A DNA stretch of 64,000 bases from Candidatus Saccharimonadales bacterium (lineage in GTDB: Bacteria; Patescibacteriota; Saccharimonadia; QS-5-54-17), in NCBI GenBank assembly GCA_040903985.1, contig JBBDUI010000002.1:104204-168203 (forward strand), given 5' to 3'. Below the pieces are notes generated by a model, which made no database searches, was not told the DNA's origin, and saw nothing but the letters and a program-made list of their open reading frames with translations. Both the position numbers and the translations under genes were made by a program. Below, in pieces: positions 1-8,850 of the stretch; within the stretch, counting starts at the first letter, position 1, and each line of letters opens with the position of its first letter.

Positions 1-865
1 GCTAACTGGAATTGAGGTCACGCCCGACATAGCCCGACAGCCGGTTACGGCCGTCATAATCGAGAACTCACCCAACGCACGACCCCAGTCGGCCCTAAAT
101 GCTGCCGACATCGTCTTTGAGGCCGTAACTGAAGGGGGTATCACTCGTTTCTTAGCCTTCTTCCAGCAGCAAAACCCCGGTAAGATCGGGCCAGTCCGTA
201 GTCTACGTCCGCCCTTCCTCGATTGGATCATGGGTTTCGATGCACCGTTTGCCCATGTCGGAGGTAGCGCTCAGGCATTACAGCTAGCTGCGCAGCGTGG
301 CGCTAAGAGTCTGAATCAATTCAGTAACGGCGACGCCTACTACCGTAGTAACGATCGCGTAGCCCCCCACAATATGTACACTTCTATCAGTAGTTTACGC
401 GCCCTACAGAAAAGCCGTGGTTACAAGCCGAGCTCGTTTAAGAAGATTCCCCGCAGCGATGATGCTCCGGCTGCCGAGCCGGTCGCCACCCGCATTACGG
501 TCGATTTCTCTAGTTCTCTCTATCAGGCCCAGTTTCACTACCAGGCTGAAAATAACAGTTATAGCCGTTACCTAGCCGGTAGCCCGCATATCGACCGCGA
601 GACCGGTGAGGCAATAGAGACTAAGAATGTAATCATTATCAAGATGCCTTCGCGCCAGAACGGCCAATATGTAGAAATGGACACCATCGGTAGCGGTGAC
701 GCAGTACTATTTAAAGATGGTACCTCTCGTAATATTCGCTGGCGCCAGAGCAGCTATAACGACCGCATCGAACTGCTGGATGGAGAGGGCGCCGAGATTA
801 AGCTTAACCGCGGCAAAAGCTGGTTCAGTATACTACCCAGCGGTAGAACGTTAACGGTCGAATGA
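1..865 (+). CDS. DUF3048 domain protein, 5' partial (frame is open from window start)
   Basis: Frame 2 upstream of the listed ORF reads LTGIEV...VIIENSPNARPQSALNAADIVFEAVTEGGITRF, then GPVRSLRP and APHNMY, all DUF3048-type motifs. Confidence 0.85.
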   Translation, partial: LTGIEVTPDIARQPVTAVIIENSPNARPQSALNAADIVFEAVTEGGITRFLAFFQQQNPGKIGPVRSLRPPFLDWIMGFDAPFAHVGGSAQALQLAAQRGAKSLNQFSNGDAYYRSNDRVAPHNMYTSISSLRALQKSRGYKPSSFKKIPRSDDAPAAEPVATRITVDFSSSLYQAQFHYQAENNSYSRYLAGSPHIDRETGEAIETKNVIIIKMPSRQNGQYVEMDTIGSGDAVLFKDGTSRNIRWRQSSYNDRIELLDGEGAEIKLNRGKSWFSILPSGRTLTVE

Positions 866-2346
866 GCTGGCATCGACGACTCCTCGCTCTTATCCTACTG
901 ACCCATCTCCTACCGCTGTTACTGCTCTGGATAATCCTAGAGATGACAGAACTCACTAATCTAAGTCTAGTGCTGCTACTGCCGCTGCTCACTGCATTTC
1001 TATTCAGCTGGGCACTCTACTGCAGTCTGAGCCGACCGCTCAGCCAGCTTTCAGCCGATATCGAGAAGGTAGCAGCTGGCAATCTCTCGACTCGAGCTGG
1101 AACCCTGCCCGGAGTTTTCGGTCAGATCAGCACAGCTCTCGACACCATTACCAGTAAGCTTCAGGAGTTCGTCTCCCGTACTCAGGCTGAGACCGAAGTA
1201 ATGGCCGCTGAGGCTAACAGGTTGCGTATGATACTTAACTCGATTAGCGACGGAGTGTTCGCCCTGGATAGTGACAAACGCATTATTCTTTTCAATAAGG
1301 CGGCTAGTAACATCACTGGACTTAATATCAAGGCCGTAGCCGGTCAACCGGTTAATACTGTCCTGCCGCTCATTCGCCAGAAGCAGCTCATCTTAAGCGA
1401 GTGGTTCGACCAGTGTCAGGACACCGATATGCAGCAAACCTCCTGGGAGAACGTCACCTTCACTAACCGAGAAGGGGAGGAGCTGACTCTCGACATCGAC
1501 GCCCTCTACATCGGTGCCGATCCAAACGGTGTACGCCTACTAGTAACATTTCATAATCGTACTGAAGAACGCCGGGTGGAGGATATGAAGGTCGACTTCG
1601 TCGCGCTCGCCGCTCACGAACTGCGCACCCCGGTGACCATCATTAAAGGTTACTTAGAAATATTGGAAGAAGAGGTTGGGCCACAGCTAGCACCCGAACA
1701 CCGCGAGTTCATTCGCAAGCTCGAGGTTTCGGCTACCCAGCTATCTGGCTCGATTAACAACATCCTGCATGTCTCTCGCATCGAACACGGCGAGCTAAAC
1801 ATGAACCGAGAGACACATGAATGGAATGAAATCGTCCGCACTGTCGCCTCCGAGCTGAACCAAAAAGCCATCGCCCAAGGAAAGTCTCTGCTCCTTAATC
1901 CCCACCCGAAGGAGCTCTACGTTTCCGTCGATCAAGTCAGCATCACCGAAGTCATCACTAACCTGATCGATAACGCCATCAAATACAGCAAACGTGGACA
2001 AAAGATTACAGTTAATGTCAATCGTAGCAAAACCGGTATCACGACCGAAATAGTCGATCAAGGTGTCGGTATTCCTGCTAACGCAGTCGGTAAACTTTTC
2101 ACCAAGTTCTACCGCTCTCACCGTACGCGTACCAGCCACCGTGGCACCGGGCTCGGGCTCTACATGTCTAAATCGATCGTCGAGGCACACGGGGGGCGCA
2201 TCTGGGTCGAGTCAAAGGAAGGCGAGGGCTCTACCTTCGGCTTCGAGCTCCCGGAAGTTGCCAAAGACTCCGCTGGTAGTGATAATGGTAATATCACCCG
2301 TAGCGTTCACGGCTGGATTAAGAACCACTCATTATATAGAGGATAA
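862..2346 (+). CDS. Membrane sensor histidine kinase (2 TM, HAMP, PAS, HisKA, HATPase)
   Basis: H-box AAHELRTP, N-box NLIDNAIKYS, G boxes DQGVGI and GTGLGLY. Confidence 0.95.
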   Translation: MSWHRRLLALILLTHLLPLLLLWIILEMTELTNLSLVLLLPLLTAFLFSWALYCSLSRPLSQLSADIEKVAAGNLSTRAGTLPGVFGQISTALDTITSKLQEFVSRTQAETEVMAAEANRLRMILNSISDGVFALDSDKRIILFNKAASNITGLNIKAVAGQPVNTVLPLIRQKQLILSEWFDQCQDTDMQQTSWENVTFTNREGEELTLDIDALYIGADPNGVRLLVTFHNRTEERRVEDMKVDFVALAAHELRTPVTIIKGYLEILEEEVGPQLAPEHREFIRKLEVSATQLSGSINNILHVSRIEHGELNMNRETHEWNEIVRTVASELNQKAIAQGKSLLLNPHPKELYVSVDQVSITEVITNLIDNAIKYSKRGQKITVNVNRSKTGITTEIVDQGVGIPANAVGKLFTKFYRSHRTRTSHRGTGLGLYMSKSIVEAHGGRIWVESKEGEGSTFGFELPEVAKDSAGSDNGNITRSVHGWIKNHSLYRG

Positions 2347-2348
2347 CT

Positions 2349-2732
2349 ATGGCAGACACCACACACAGCGTACTATTCATCGAAGACGACCCGTTCATGA
2401 TTGATATGTATACACATGTGATGGAGAAGCACGGTTACTCTGTCGAGTCGGCTACCGACGGATTAGAGGGGCTGAAGAAGGCTCAAAGCGGCAAATATGA
2501 CCTTATCCTGCTCGACATCATGATGCCGGAGATGCTGGGCATCGAGGTCTTAGAAAAACTACGCAAGGATGAAGCCGATTTAGAAAATACCAAGATTGTC
2601 GTTCTAACCAACCTCGCCCAGAGTGAAGATTCACGCCGGGCACTCGAGGCCAAAGCCGACGGCTACCTTATCAAAGCCGATGTCACCCCCAGTAAGCTAG
2701 TGGAGCTGATGGGGAAAATACTGGGGAAGTAG
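2349..2732 (+). CDS. Single-domain response regulator (receiver only)
   Basis: IEDD, LLDIMMP, T and K conserved; 127 aa with no output domain. Confidence 0.93.
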   Translation: MADTTHSVLFIEDDPFMIDMYTHVMEKHGYSVESATDGLEGLKKAQSGKYDLILLDIMMPEMLGIEVLEKLRKDEADLENTKIVVLTNLAQSEDSRRALEAKADGYLIKADVTPSKLVELMGKILGK

Positions 2733-2899
2733 ATCGTCTATAGGACAAGCGATAGGGTAATACAGCTTATACTTGACCCTGATGCCGTATAGTAAGCCTA
2801 ACTACAACAAAAAGACTCTGAAACATTCCCTTATGTACCCTAATCTGGAAGTAAAACAACTTCAACTGTTTTAGGGGAAACTGTAAATTTAGTCTGACG

Positions 2900-2917
2900 T
2901 GGTGACCCCGGCGGGAT
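2900..2917 (-). repeat. 18-bp direct copy of the tRNA-Glu 3' end
   Basis: tggtgaccccggcgggat at 2900-2917 is identical to 3072-3089. Confidence 0.9.
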
Positions 2918-3032
2918 AGCGCTCCGCTATTGTGTCGCTCCGTTACTCGAAGCAGGCTTCTGCGTTACTCACTCCTTACGTACCCATTTTGCTTCGCAAA
3001 ATAACGGGTTCGAATACTTCCTATCGGAAGCT

Positions 3033-3075
3033 ACCAATAAAAATACTCATCGCAAGGATGAGTATTTTTATTGGT
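3033..3075. terminator. Perfect 19-bp stem hairpin overlapping the tRNA ACCA end
   Basis: accaataaaaatactcatc-gcaag-gatgagtatttttattggt. Confidence 0.7.
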
Positions 3076-3148
3076 GACCCCGGCGGGATTCGAACCCGCG
3101 ATCTCTTGGATGAGAACCAAGTATCCTGGACCACTAGACGACGGGGCC
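3072..3148 (-). tRNA. tRNA-Glu (anticodon CTC), CCA encoded
   Basis: GGCCCCG/CGGGGTC acceptor, CTTGG-TT-CTC-AT-CCAAG anticodon arm, GGTTCGAATCC T arm, ACCA end. Confidence 0.96.
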
Positions 3149-3299
3149 ATATAGTATTTGTCTGTCCGAGCGCTACTTATTGTAACTAATTATCCTAACC
3201 GCCGCAAAGTGAAACAAAGAAGGGTAGGGCGCGCCCAAAATAGTGGCCTGTACCACTCGATGCTATATACTAGTTTCTAAGCATAACCATCAGGAACAT

Positions 3300-5063
3300 A
3301 TGGCCCGTATCCGTAGTAACTATCAGAAGCTCCAATTAGCACTGTTTTGCGGCAGCTGCCTGATCATCCTGCTCTACCTTGTACTGTTTTATGCCCAAGT
3401 ACTTGGTCCCGGTGAGCTACTCGGTACCTCGCCACTTAACCTAGCTATAGCTGGCCTCCACGTTGTCTATTTCATTCTGTTGCGTAGTTGGTTAAACGGG
3501 CACTCGACCCTGAGCGCTACCGTAGCTGACCTAATCTTCTTCAGTCTTAACATCCTAATCCTCGTACTGGTGACCGGTGGGTTCCAGTCGGCCTATTTCG
3601 TCTTTTGGATCTTCATCATTCTCATCTCAGCCGCTCTAGGCGCCGAAGTTATGTACGCCTACACCGGCATAACTGCCAGCTACTTCATCGTGGCCACTCT
3701 ACTGTCTAACGACTGGCTCGGCTACCTGCATCACCATGCCGCCTACCTAATAGCCAGCTGGATAGCCGGGGGCTTGGGCCTCTGGCTATGGCGTAACCAC
3801 CCGGCGGCCGAGAGTAAGGACCACCAGGTAAATCAACTGTCCGAGAAGCTCAATGTTGAACAGATTAAATCGGAGATTCTACTTAAGAGCATAGGTGATG
3901 GGGTAGTAGTCATTAGTCTGGATGGTGAGATTCAGCTCTTCAACGGGCCGGCTTGTGTTATCACCGGCTGGCCACAAGATGAAGCTATCGGCGTCAACTA
4001 CCGCAGCGTTCTCATCCTTGAAGATGAGGCTGGTAAACAGCTAACCGATGAGGATGACCCCTTCCACAAGGTTATGAGCTCTAAATCCAGTGTCCGCCGT
4101 ACCAATCTAATGTTACTTAATCGTAATCAACGCAAGATCCACCTCTCCCTGGTAGCCTCACCTATATTTAGTGGCAGCTCCCAAGTCACTGGTGCTATCG
4201 GCGTCTTCCACGACATCAGTGCCGAAAAAGCAGCCGCTCGACAACGGGACGAGTTTATCTCTACCGCCTCGCATGAGATGCGCACCCCGGTAGCTGCTAT
4301 TGAGGGCTTCCTAGCCCTAGCCATGAACGATAAGGTAGCCCAAGTGGACGATAAGGCTCGCATGTACATCGAAAAGGCCCACGCCTCGACCCAGCACCTC
4401 GGCAAACTTTTCCAGGACTTACTCTCAGTCACTAAGCTGGAAGACGGTCGCCTAGCTAACCACCCAGAGCCATTCGAGCTGGGCAAGCTGATTAAGACCG
4501 CTATCGATGAACTTAACTTCAAGGCGGAGCAGAAGAATATAGAACTCAAACTAAAATCAAGTCACGAAACCGGTAACATCAAGGCCGACAACGACGTTCT
4601 ACCGCTTTTCTACATCAACGCCGATCCCGAACGAATCCGCGAAGTCTTCATTAACCTGGTTGATAACGCCATCAAGTTCACACCGGAAGGTCAAGTCAAC
4701 ATTTCTATAGGTGGCGATGACCGTCAGATCACCGTCGGTGTGCACGACCAAGGTATAGGTATTCCCAAGGATGAGATTCCGCACCTTTTTCAGAAGTTCT
4801 ACCGTATCGACAGCTCGGCCACTCGGGAAATCGGCGGTACTGGCCTCGGTCTCTATCTCTGTCGCACCATCATCGAGCTCTACAACGGCCACATCTGGGT
4901 CGAGAGCGAGGAAGGGAAGGGCAGTGACTTTTACTTCTCCTTGCCCCGTCTTACCTACGCTCAGGCCCAAGAGATCAAGGCTAAGTTAGAAAAAGCCCGT
5001 AAAGGCGTGCCGAAACCCCAAGAGCCAGGGGAAACAGTTGCACCAAATACAACAAATACGTAG
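3300..5063 (+). CDS. Multi-TM PAS sensor histidine kinase
   Basis: About 5-6 N-terminal TM segments, PAS, ASHEMRTP, NLVDNAIKFT, GTGLGLY; start moved to ATG 3300. Confidence 0.93.
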   Translation: MARIRSNYQKLQLALFCGSCLIILLYLVLFYAQVLGPGELLGTSPLNLAIAGLHVVYFILLRSWLNGHSTLSATVADLIFFSLNILILVLVTGGFQSAYFVFWIFIILISAALGAEVMYAYTGITASYFIVATLLSNDWLGYLHHHAAYLIASWIAGGLGLWLWRNHPAAESKDHQVNQLSEKLNVEQIKSEILLKSIGDGVVVISLDGEIQLFNGPACVITGWPQDEAIGVNYRSVLILEDEAGKQLTDEDDPFHKVMSSKSSVRRTNLMLLNRNQRKIHLSLVASPIFSGSSQVTGAIGVFHDISAEKAAARQRDEFISTASHEMRTPVAAIEGFLALAMNDKVAQVDDKARMYIEKAHASTQHLGKLFQDLLSVTKLEDGRLANHPEPFELGKLIKTAIDELNFKAEQKNIELKLKSSHETGNIKADNDVLPLFYINADPERIREVFINLVDNAIKFTPEGQVNISIGGDDRQITVGVHDQGIGIPKDEIPHLFQKFYRIDSSATREIGGTGLGLYLCRTIIELYNGHIWVESEEGKGSDFYFSLPRLTYAQAQEIKAKLEKARKGVPKPQEPGETVAPNTTNT

Positions 5064-5074
5064 AATGGGATTAA

Positions 5075-5707
5075 ATGACTAAAGTACTACTCGTCGAAGA
5101 TGACATTAACCTCCGAGAAATCTATGCGGCTCGGCTCAGCGCTGAGGGTTACGATTTAATCACTGCCTCCGACGGAGAAGAAGCCCTATCCAAAGCCGTT
5201 TCCGAAAAACCCAGTCTGATCGTCCTCGATGTCATGATGCCGAAAATCAGCGGTTTCGACGTGCTCGACATTCTGCGTTCCACGCCGGAAACGGAGACCA
5301 CTAAGGTCATCATGCTTTCCGCCTTATCCCAGCAAACTGATCGAGAGCGGGGTGAAAAGCTAGGGGCGAACAAATATCTAATTAAATCCCAGATCACGCT
5401 AGAGGATGTCGTCTCTACCGTAAAGAGCATGATCGAAGAGGGGGAGATGGACGAAGCAGCCGATGATTCACCCACCATCGTCACCACTGCTAGCGGACGG
5501 TTACCAGGTGACGATACGCCGGCTACTACTCCCACACCTGATGGGGCTACACCAGCTACTCCGGTAGATCAAGCGACCACGGATGATGTCGCCAGTAATG
5601 ATACGCCAGCCGATCCTCCCATCTCACCCCAAGCTCTAGGCTCCACCGCAGATGAGATTGCCCACATCGACTCGCAGATGCAGAAGAAGAATCCTAACCA
5701 ACAATAA
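5075..5707 (+). CDS. Response regulator receiver with acidic Pro/Thr-rich tail
   Basis: VEDD...LDVMMP...K followed by low-complexity DDTPATTPTP tail; no HTH. Confidence 0.9.
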   Translation: MTKVLLVEDDINLREIYAARLSAEGYDLITASDGEEALSKAVSEKPSLIVLDVMMPKISGFDVLDILRSTPETETTKVIMLSALSQQTDRERGEKLGANKYLIKSQITLEDVVSTVKSMIEEGEMDEAADDSPTIVTTASGRLPGDDTPATTPTPDGATPATPVDQATTDDVASNDTPADPPISPQALGSTADEIAHIDSQMQKKNPNQQ

Positions 5708-5710
5708 CCC

Positions 5711-6373
5711 GTGCGATTAAACCGATACCTCGCCCATGCCACCGGTAGCTCTCGCCGTCAAGCCGATGAGATGATTGTGACTGGCCGCGTTAAAGTTAAT
5801 GCTACTACAGCTAGTCTCGGCCAACAGGTCGAACCTGACGATAGGGTCAGCCTAGACGACGAAGCAGTCACCCTTAGCGAGCACTTGACGATCGCGTTCC
5901 ACAAACCTGCCGGTTACGTCTGTAGTCGCCGTCAGCAGGGGAGTGATCCGACCATATACGAGCTCCTTCCGTCCCACCTACATACCCTGAAACCAATAGG
6001 TCGACTAGATAAAGACAGTCGCGGACTCCTACTACTAACTACTGACGGCCAGCTAGCGCAGGAGCTAACCCACCCCAAGCACGCTAAATCCAAAGTCTAT
6101 GAAGTGATGCTCGACCGCGAGCTAGAAGACACGGATCTGTTCCAAATCAAGATCGGTGTCGAACTCAACGATGGAGTGAGCCGACTAGAGATTGAATCGT
6201 TAGAGGGTAATGCTAAAGCTTACCGCATCACTATGCAGGAAGGGCGCAATCGCCAGATCCGCCGCACTTTCTCTAGCTTAGGTTACGCGGTGATCGACCT
6301 CTTTCGCACCGCCTTCGGCACCCACAAACTCGATGACCTATCTGAGGGCAGCTGGCGCGAACTCAAACTCTAG
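5711..6373 (+). CDS. rRNA pseudouridine synthase, RsuA/RluB family
   Basis: S4 domain (SRRQADEMI), catalytic GRLDKDS, EGRNRQIRR. Confidence 0.93.
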   Translation: MRLNRYLAHATGSSRRQADEMIVTGRVKVNATTASLGQQVEPDDRVSLDDEAVTLSEHLTIAFHKPAGYVCSRRQQGSDPTIYELLPSHLHTLKPIGRLDKDSRGLLLLTTDGQLAQELTHPKHAKSKVYEVMLDRELEDTDLFQIKIGVELNDGVSRLEIESLEGNAKAYRITMQEGRNRQIRRTFSSLGYAVIDLFRTAFGTHKLDDLSEGSWRELKL

Positions 6374-6422
6374 CCCACACCGATCTCCATCACATCTTAC
6401 CCAGTGTCCGAGATTAGTAAAC

Positions 6423-6460
6423 TGTACTTTTTTACTTACGATCGTGAGTAAAAAAGTACA
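6423..6460. repeat. Near-perfect 38-bp palindrome centred on CGATCG, between convergent units
   Basis: tgtacttttttact-t-acgatcgt-g-agtaaaaaagtaca. Confidence 0.8.
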
Positions 6461-6571
6461 AAATTATTATGGCTTAAGATAGGAGCAAAGATGAAGTTTG
6501 TAACAATTTTTTTGACGATCGCAAACAAATTCATTACAAATTATTACTGAGAGAATGATTAATATTTCATA

Positions 6572-6640
6572 AAGAAAAACCACGGTAGGCTTTCGGTGAC
6601 GAGATCGCAGAGCGATCAAGTACTGAAAGTTACCGTGGTC
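6572..6640 (-). terminator. Large compound hairpin plus U tract ending the 7.5-6.6 kb minus-strand unit
   Basis: CCACGGTA...CTTTC...GATCGC-TCT-GCGATC...GAAAG..TACCGTGG then TTTTTCTTT on the minus strand. Confidence 0.6.
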
Positions 6641-6713
6641 GGTGGGCCGGGTTATCGTACCGGCTGGTGTCTGTCGATAGATCGACATCCGTACGGTGGA
6701 GAGTAGCTATGTC

Positions 6714-6869
6714 CTAGCGTTTGCCAGAACCGCAGCAGTCTTGGCATTTGCCAGAACGATCACAGGTAGTGCAGCCCCAGCTCGACAAGCCTCCGGCACC
6801 TCTCCTGTCGCCCTGACCACGGCAGTCCGGGCACTTCTTAGTGCCGTTGCAGCCAGTACAGCGGGCCAT
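6714..6869 (-). CDS. 51-aa DnaJ-type (CxxCxGxG) zinc-finger microprotein, absent from the ORF track
   Basis: MARCTGCNGTKKCPDCRGQGDRRGAGGLSSWGCTTCDRSGKCQDCCGSGKR; four CxxC pairs; AAGGAG-N6-ATG. Confidence 0.85.
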   Translation of the reverse strand: MARCTGCNGTKKCPDCRGQGDRRGAGGLSSWGCTTCDRSGKCQDCCGSGKR

Positions 6870-6895
6870 CGTGCGCTCCTTGGCTCTACGACCGC

Positions 6896-7246
6896 TCAGT
6901 GCCTAGCCGGGAATCCGATGGAGCACGAGCTCACCTGGATATAACCCCTGCGTGAACGATAGTCGAACAAGCCATTCATGTGCAGAGGAAATACTCCCTC
7001 CACGCTCTTGTCCTCGATGCGGCCGACGAACTCAAAGGCGTTAACCCTAAGGTCGTCACCATCCCAATGCCTAATGCTGTCACCATCCCAATGCCTAAGG
7101 CCAGTGATGACTGCCTCGCGATGGCAGTCGGCGACGCAGAACACCACTGTATGCGGGTTCTGCTCATCAAAGGCATACTTCAGCGCATCACACAGTCCGT
7201 CTCGAGAAGGTCCGTCCGTGAGGGGAAGTCTTTCGATGGAAGCCAT
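6896..7246 (-). CDS. Hypothetical protein, 116 aa
   Basis: AAGGAG-AGCCGT-ATG start at 7246; the listed longer ORF runs into the tRNA-like RNA; internal RHWDGD duplication. Confidence 0.7.
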   Translation of the reverse strand: MASIERLPLTDGPSRDGLCDALKYAFDEQNPHTVVFCVADCHREAVITGLRHWDGDSIRHWDGDDLRVNAFEFVGRIEDKSVEGVFPLHMNGLFDYRSRRGYIQVSSCSIGFPARH

Positions 7247-7323
7247 ACGGCTCTCCTTGTGAAGGTGCTTCAATGATATCCCGCCGCTGGCGGGACCACC
7301 TCTCCATACGGACAGGAATTGAG

Positions 7324-7465
7324 TGGTCCTGGTGGGACTCGAACCCACGTCCTCTGCACAGATGCAGGTGAGTAGCTTGCGCTTGATAGGCTACGGCCGG
7401 CGCCGACCCTAACCTATCCTCACCAATTCAATGCACAGCGCTCTACCTGGCTGAGCTACAGAACC
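7324..7465 (-). ncRNA. tRNA-like RNA (142 nt) with 68-nt structured insertion in the anticodon loop
   Basis: Acceptor GGTTCTG/CAGGACC+A, D arm GCTC-AGCCAGGTA-GAGC, T arm GTGGG-TTCGAGT-CCCAC; 75 nt where a 7-nt anticodon loop should be; no encoded CCA. Confidence 0.85.
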
Positions 7466-7475
7466 AATATTTTAT

Positions 7476-7504
7476 ATTAAAATAATATCGTCAGGTAATG
7501 TCAA
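7476..7504 (-). promoter_or_regulatory. sigma70-type promoter for the tRNA-like RNA
   Basis: TTGACA-17 nt-TTTAAT, ending 10 nt before G1 of the RNA. Confidence 0.7.
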
Positions 7505-7533
7505 TAGGTGTTATCTGTTACAATAGAGCGTAT

Positions 7534-8850
7534 ATGAGTAAAAACCTTCCCATCGTAACCATCGTGGGCCGTCCCAACGTTGGCAAATCCAGCCTATTCA
7601 ATCGCCTGCTCGGCGAACGTAAAGCTGTTGTCTCCGATACAGCCGGCACTACTCGCGACCGCGTTCAAGCCATTGTAGAGTGGGGTGGACGAGATTTTTG
7701 GTTAATTGATACAGCCGGACTAGAGGCAGCTGAGAACGAGCTAGAGGCCTCGATGCAGGCCCAGCTCGAGGTAGCCCGCTCCCAAGCTGACGTGATTCTA
7801 ATCGTGATCGACGCCAGCACTATCTTATCCGACAGTGACAACCGTATCATCAAAGACGCCTATAAAAGCGGTAAGCCGATCATCGTAGCGGCTAACAAAT
7901 CCGATCGTAAACACCCTCAGGTCGAGTTCGACAAACTTCCAGCTAAACAAGTGGTGCCGGTTTCGGCCATTCACGGTACCGGCAGCGGTGATTTGCTTGA
8001 TGCCATCATCGCCCACGTCCCCAAAGTCCGCGTAGATGCAGAGCTCCCGCCAGCTATAGCTATCGTCGGTCGGCCGAACGTAGGTAAATCCAGTCTACTC
8101 AACGTCCTAGCCGGTGAAGACCGGGCTATCGTAGCTAATGAAGGTGGCACCACCCGTGACGTTAACGATATCGACATCGTCCATGAAGGACTGCCCTGGC
8201 GACTGCTCGATACGGCCGGTATACGTAAGATTGGCAAACGCGCCCACGACATCGAACAATACTCGACCCTGCGCACGCTCCGCGCCATCAATGATAGTGA
8301 TGTCTGCGTGCTAGTAACCGACGCTAACGAGCCGGCTACCGGGCAGGACCAACGCATCGCCGGCATGATCAAAGAGGCTGGTAAGGGTATGTTAATCGCG
8401 ATTAACAAGTGGGACTTGACCGAACGCAGCGATGCCGATGTCCGTCGGCTTGAACTCGAGTACCAACGACGGTTCCAGTTCGTCTGGTGGGCACCATTAG
8501 TTATGACCTCCGCCACTACCCGGCACAACGTTTTTAAGATCATCGAGCTAGCTAGCACCATCCAAGCTAACCGTCAGCGCAAACTGACCACCAGTGAGCT
8601 TAATACCTACCTCCGCGACGCCATGAGCGCCCACCCACCGGCCGGATTGAAGAACCGCCACCCTAAACTGAAATACATCACCCAGACCGAGGTCGCCCCA
8701 CCGACCTTTACCGTCTTCGGCACCCATACGCCGTTTCTGCACTGGTCTTATAAACGGTTTCTCGAAGCTCAGCTCCGAGACCGCTATGACTTCACCGGCA
8801 CCCCAGTTCGTTTTCAATGGCGTAGTAGTAAAAAGGAAGAGGCAGTATGA
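7534..8850 (+). CDS. der: Ribosome biogenesis GTPase Der (EngA)
   Basis: Two GRPNVGKSSL G1 motifs, DTAG and NKxD twice, C-terminal KH-like domain (FTGTPV). Confidence 0.97.
   Translation: MSKNLPIVTIVGRPNVGKSSLFNRLLGERKAVVSDTAGTTRDRVQAIVEWGGRDFWLIDTAGLEAAENELEASMQAQLEVARSQADVILIVIDASTILSDSDNRIIKDAYKSGKPIIVAANKSDRKHPQVEFDKLPAKQVVPVSAIHGTGSGDLLDAIIAHVPKVRVDAELPPAIAIVGRPNVGKSSLLNVLAGEDRAIVANEGGTTRDVNDIDIVHEGLPWRLLDTAGIRKIGKRAHDIEQYSTLRTLRAINDSDVCVLVTDANEPATGQDQRIAGMIKEAGKGMLIAINKWDLTERSDADVRRLELEYQRRFQFVWWAPLVMTSATTRHNVFKIIELASTIQANRQRKLTTSELNTYLRDAMSAHPPAGLKNRHPKLKYITQTEVAPPTFTVFGTHTPFLHWSYKRFLEAQLRDRYDFTGTPVRFQWRSSKKEEAV

Noticed and set aside
7324-7465. tmRNA or group I intron interpretation of the tRNA-like RNA
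   Set aside because: It has a full D stem, no G3-U70 pair and no tag ORF; the 68-nt insert is far too short for a group I/II core
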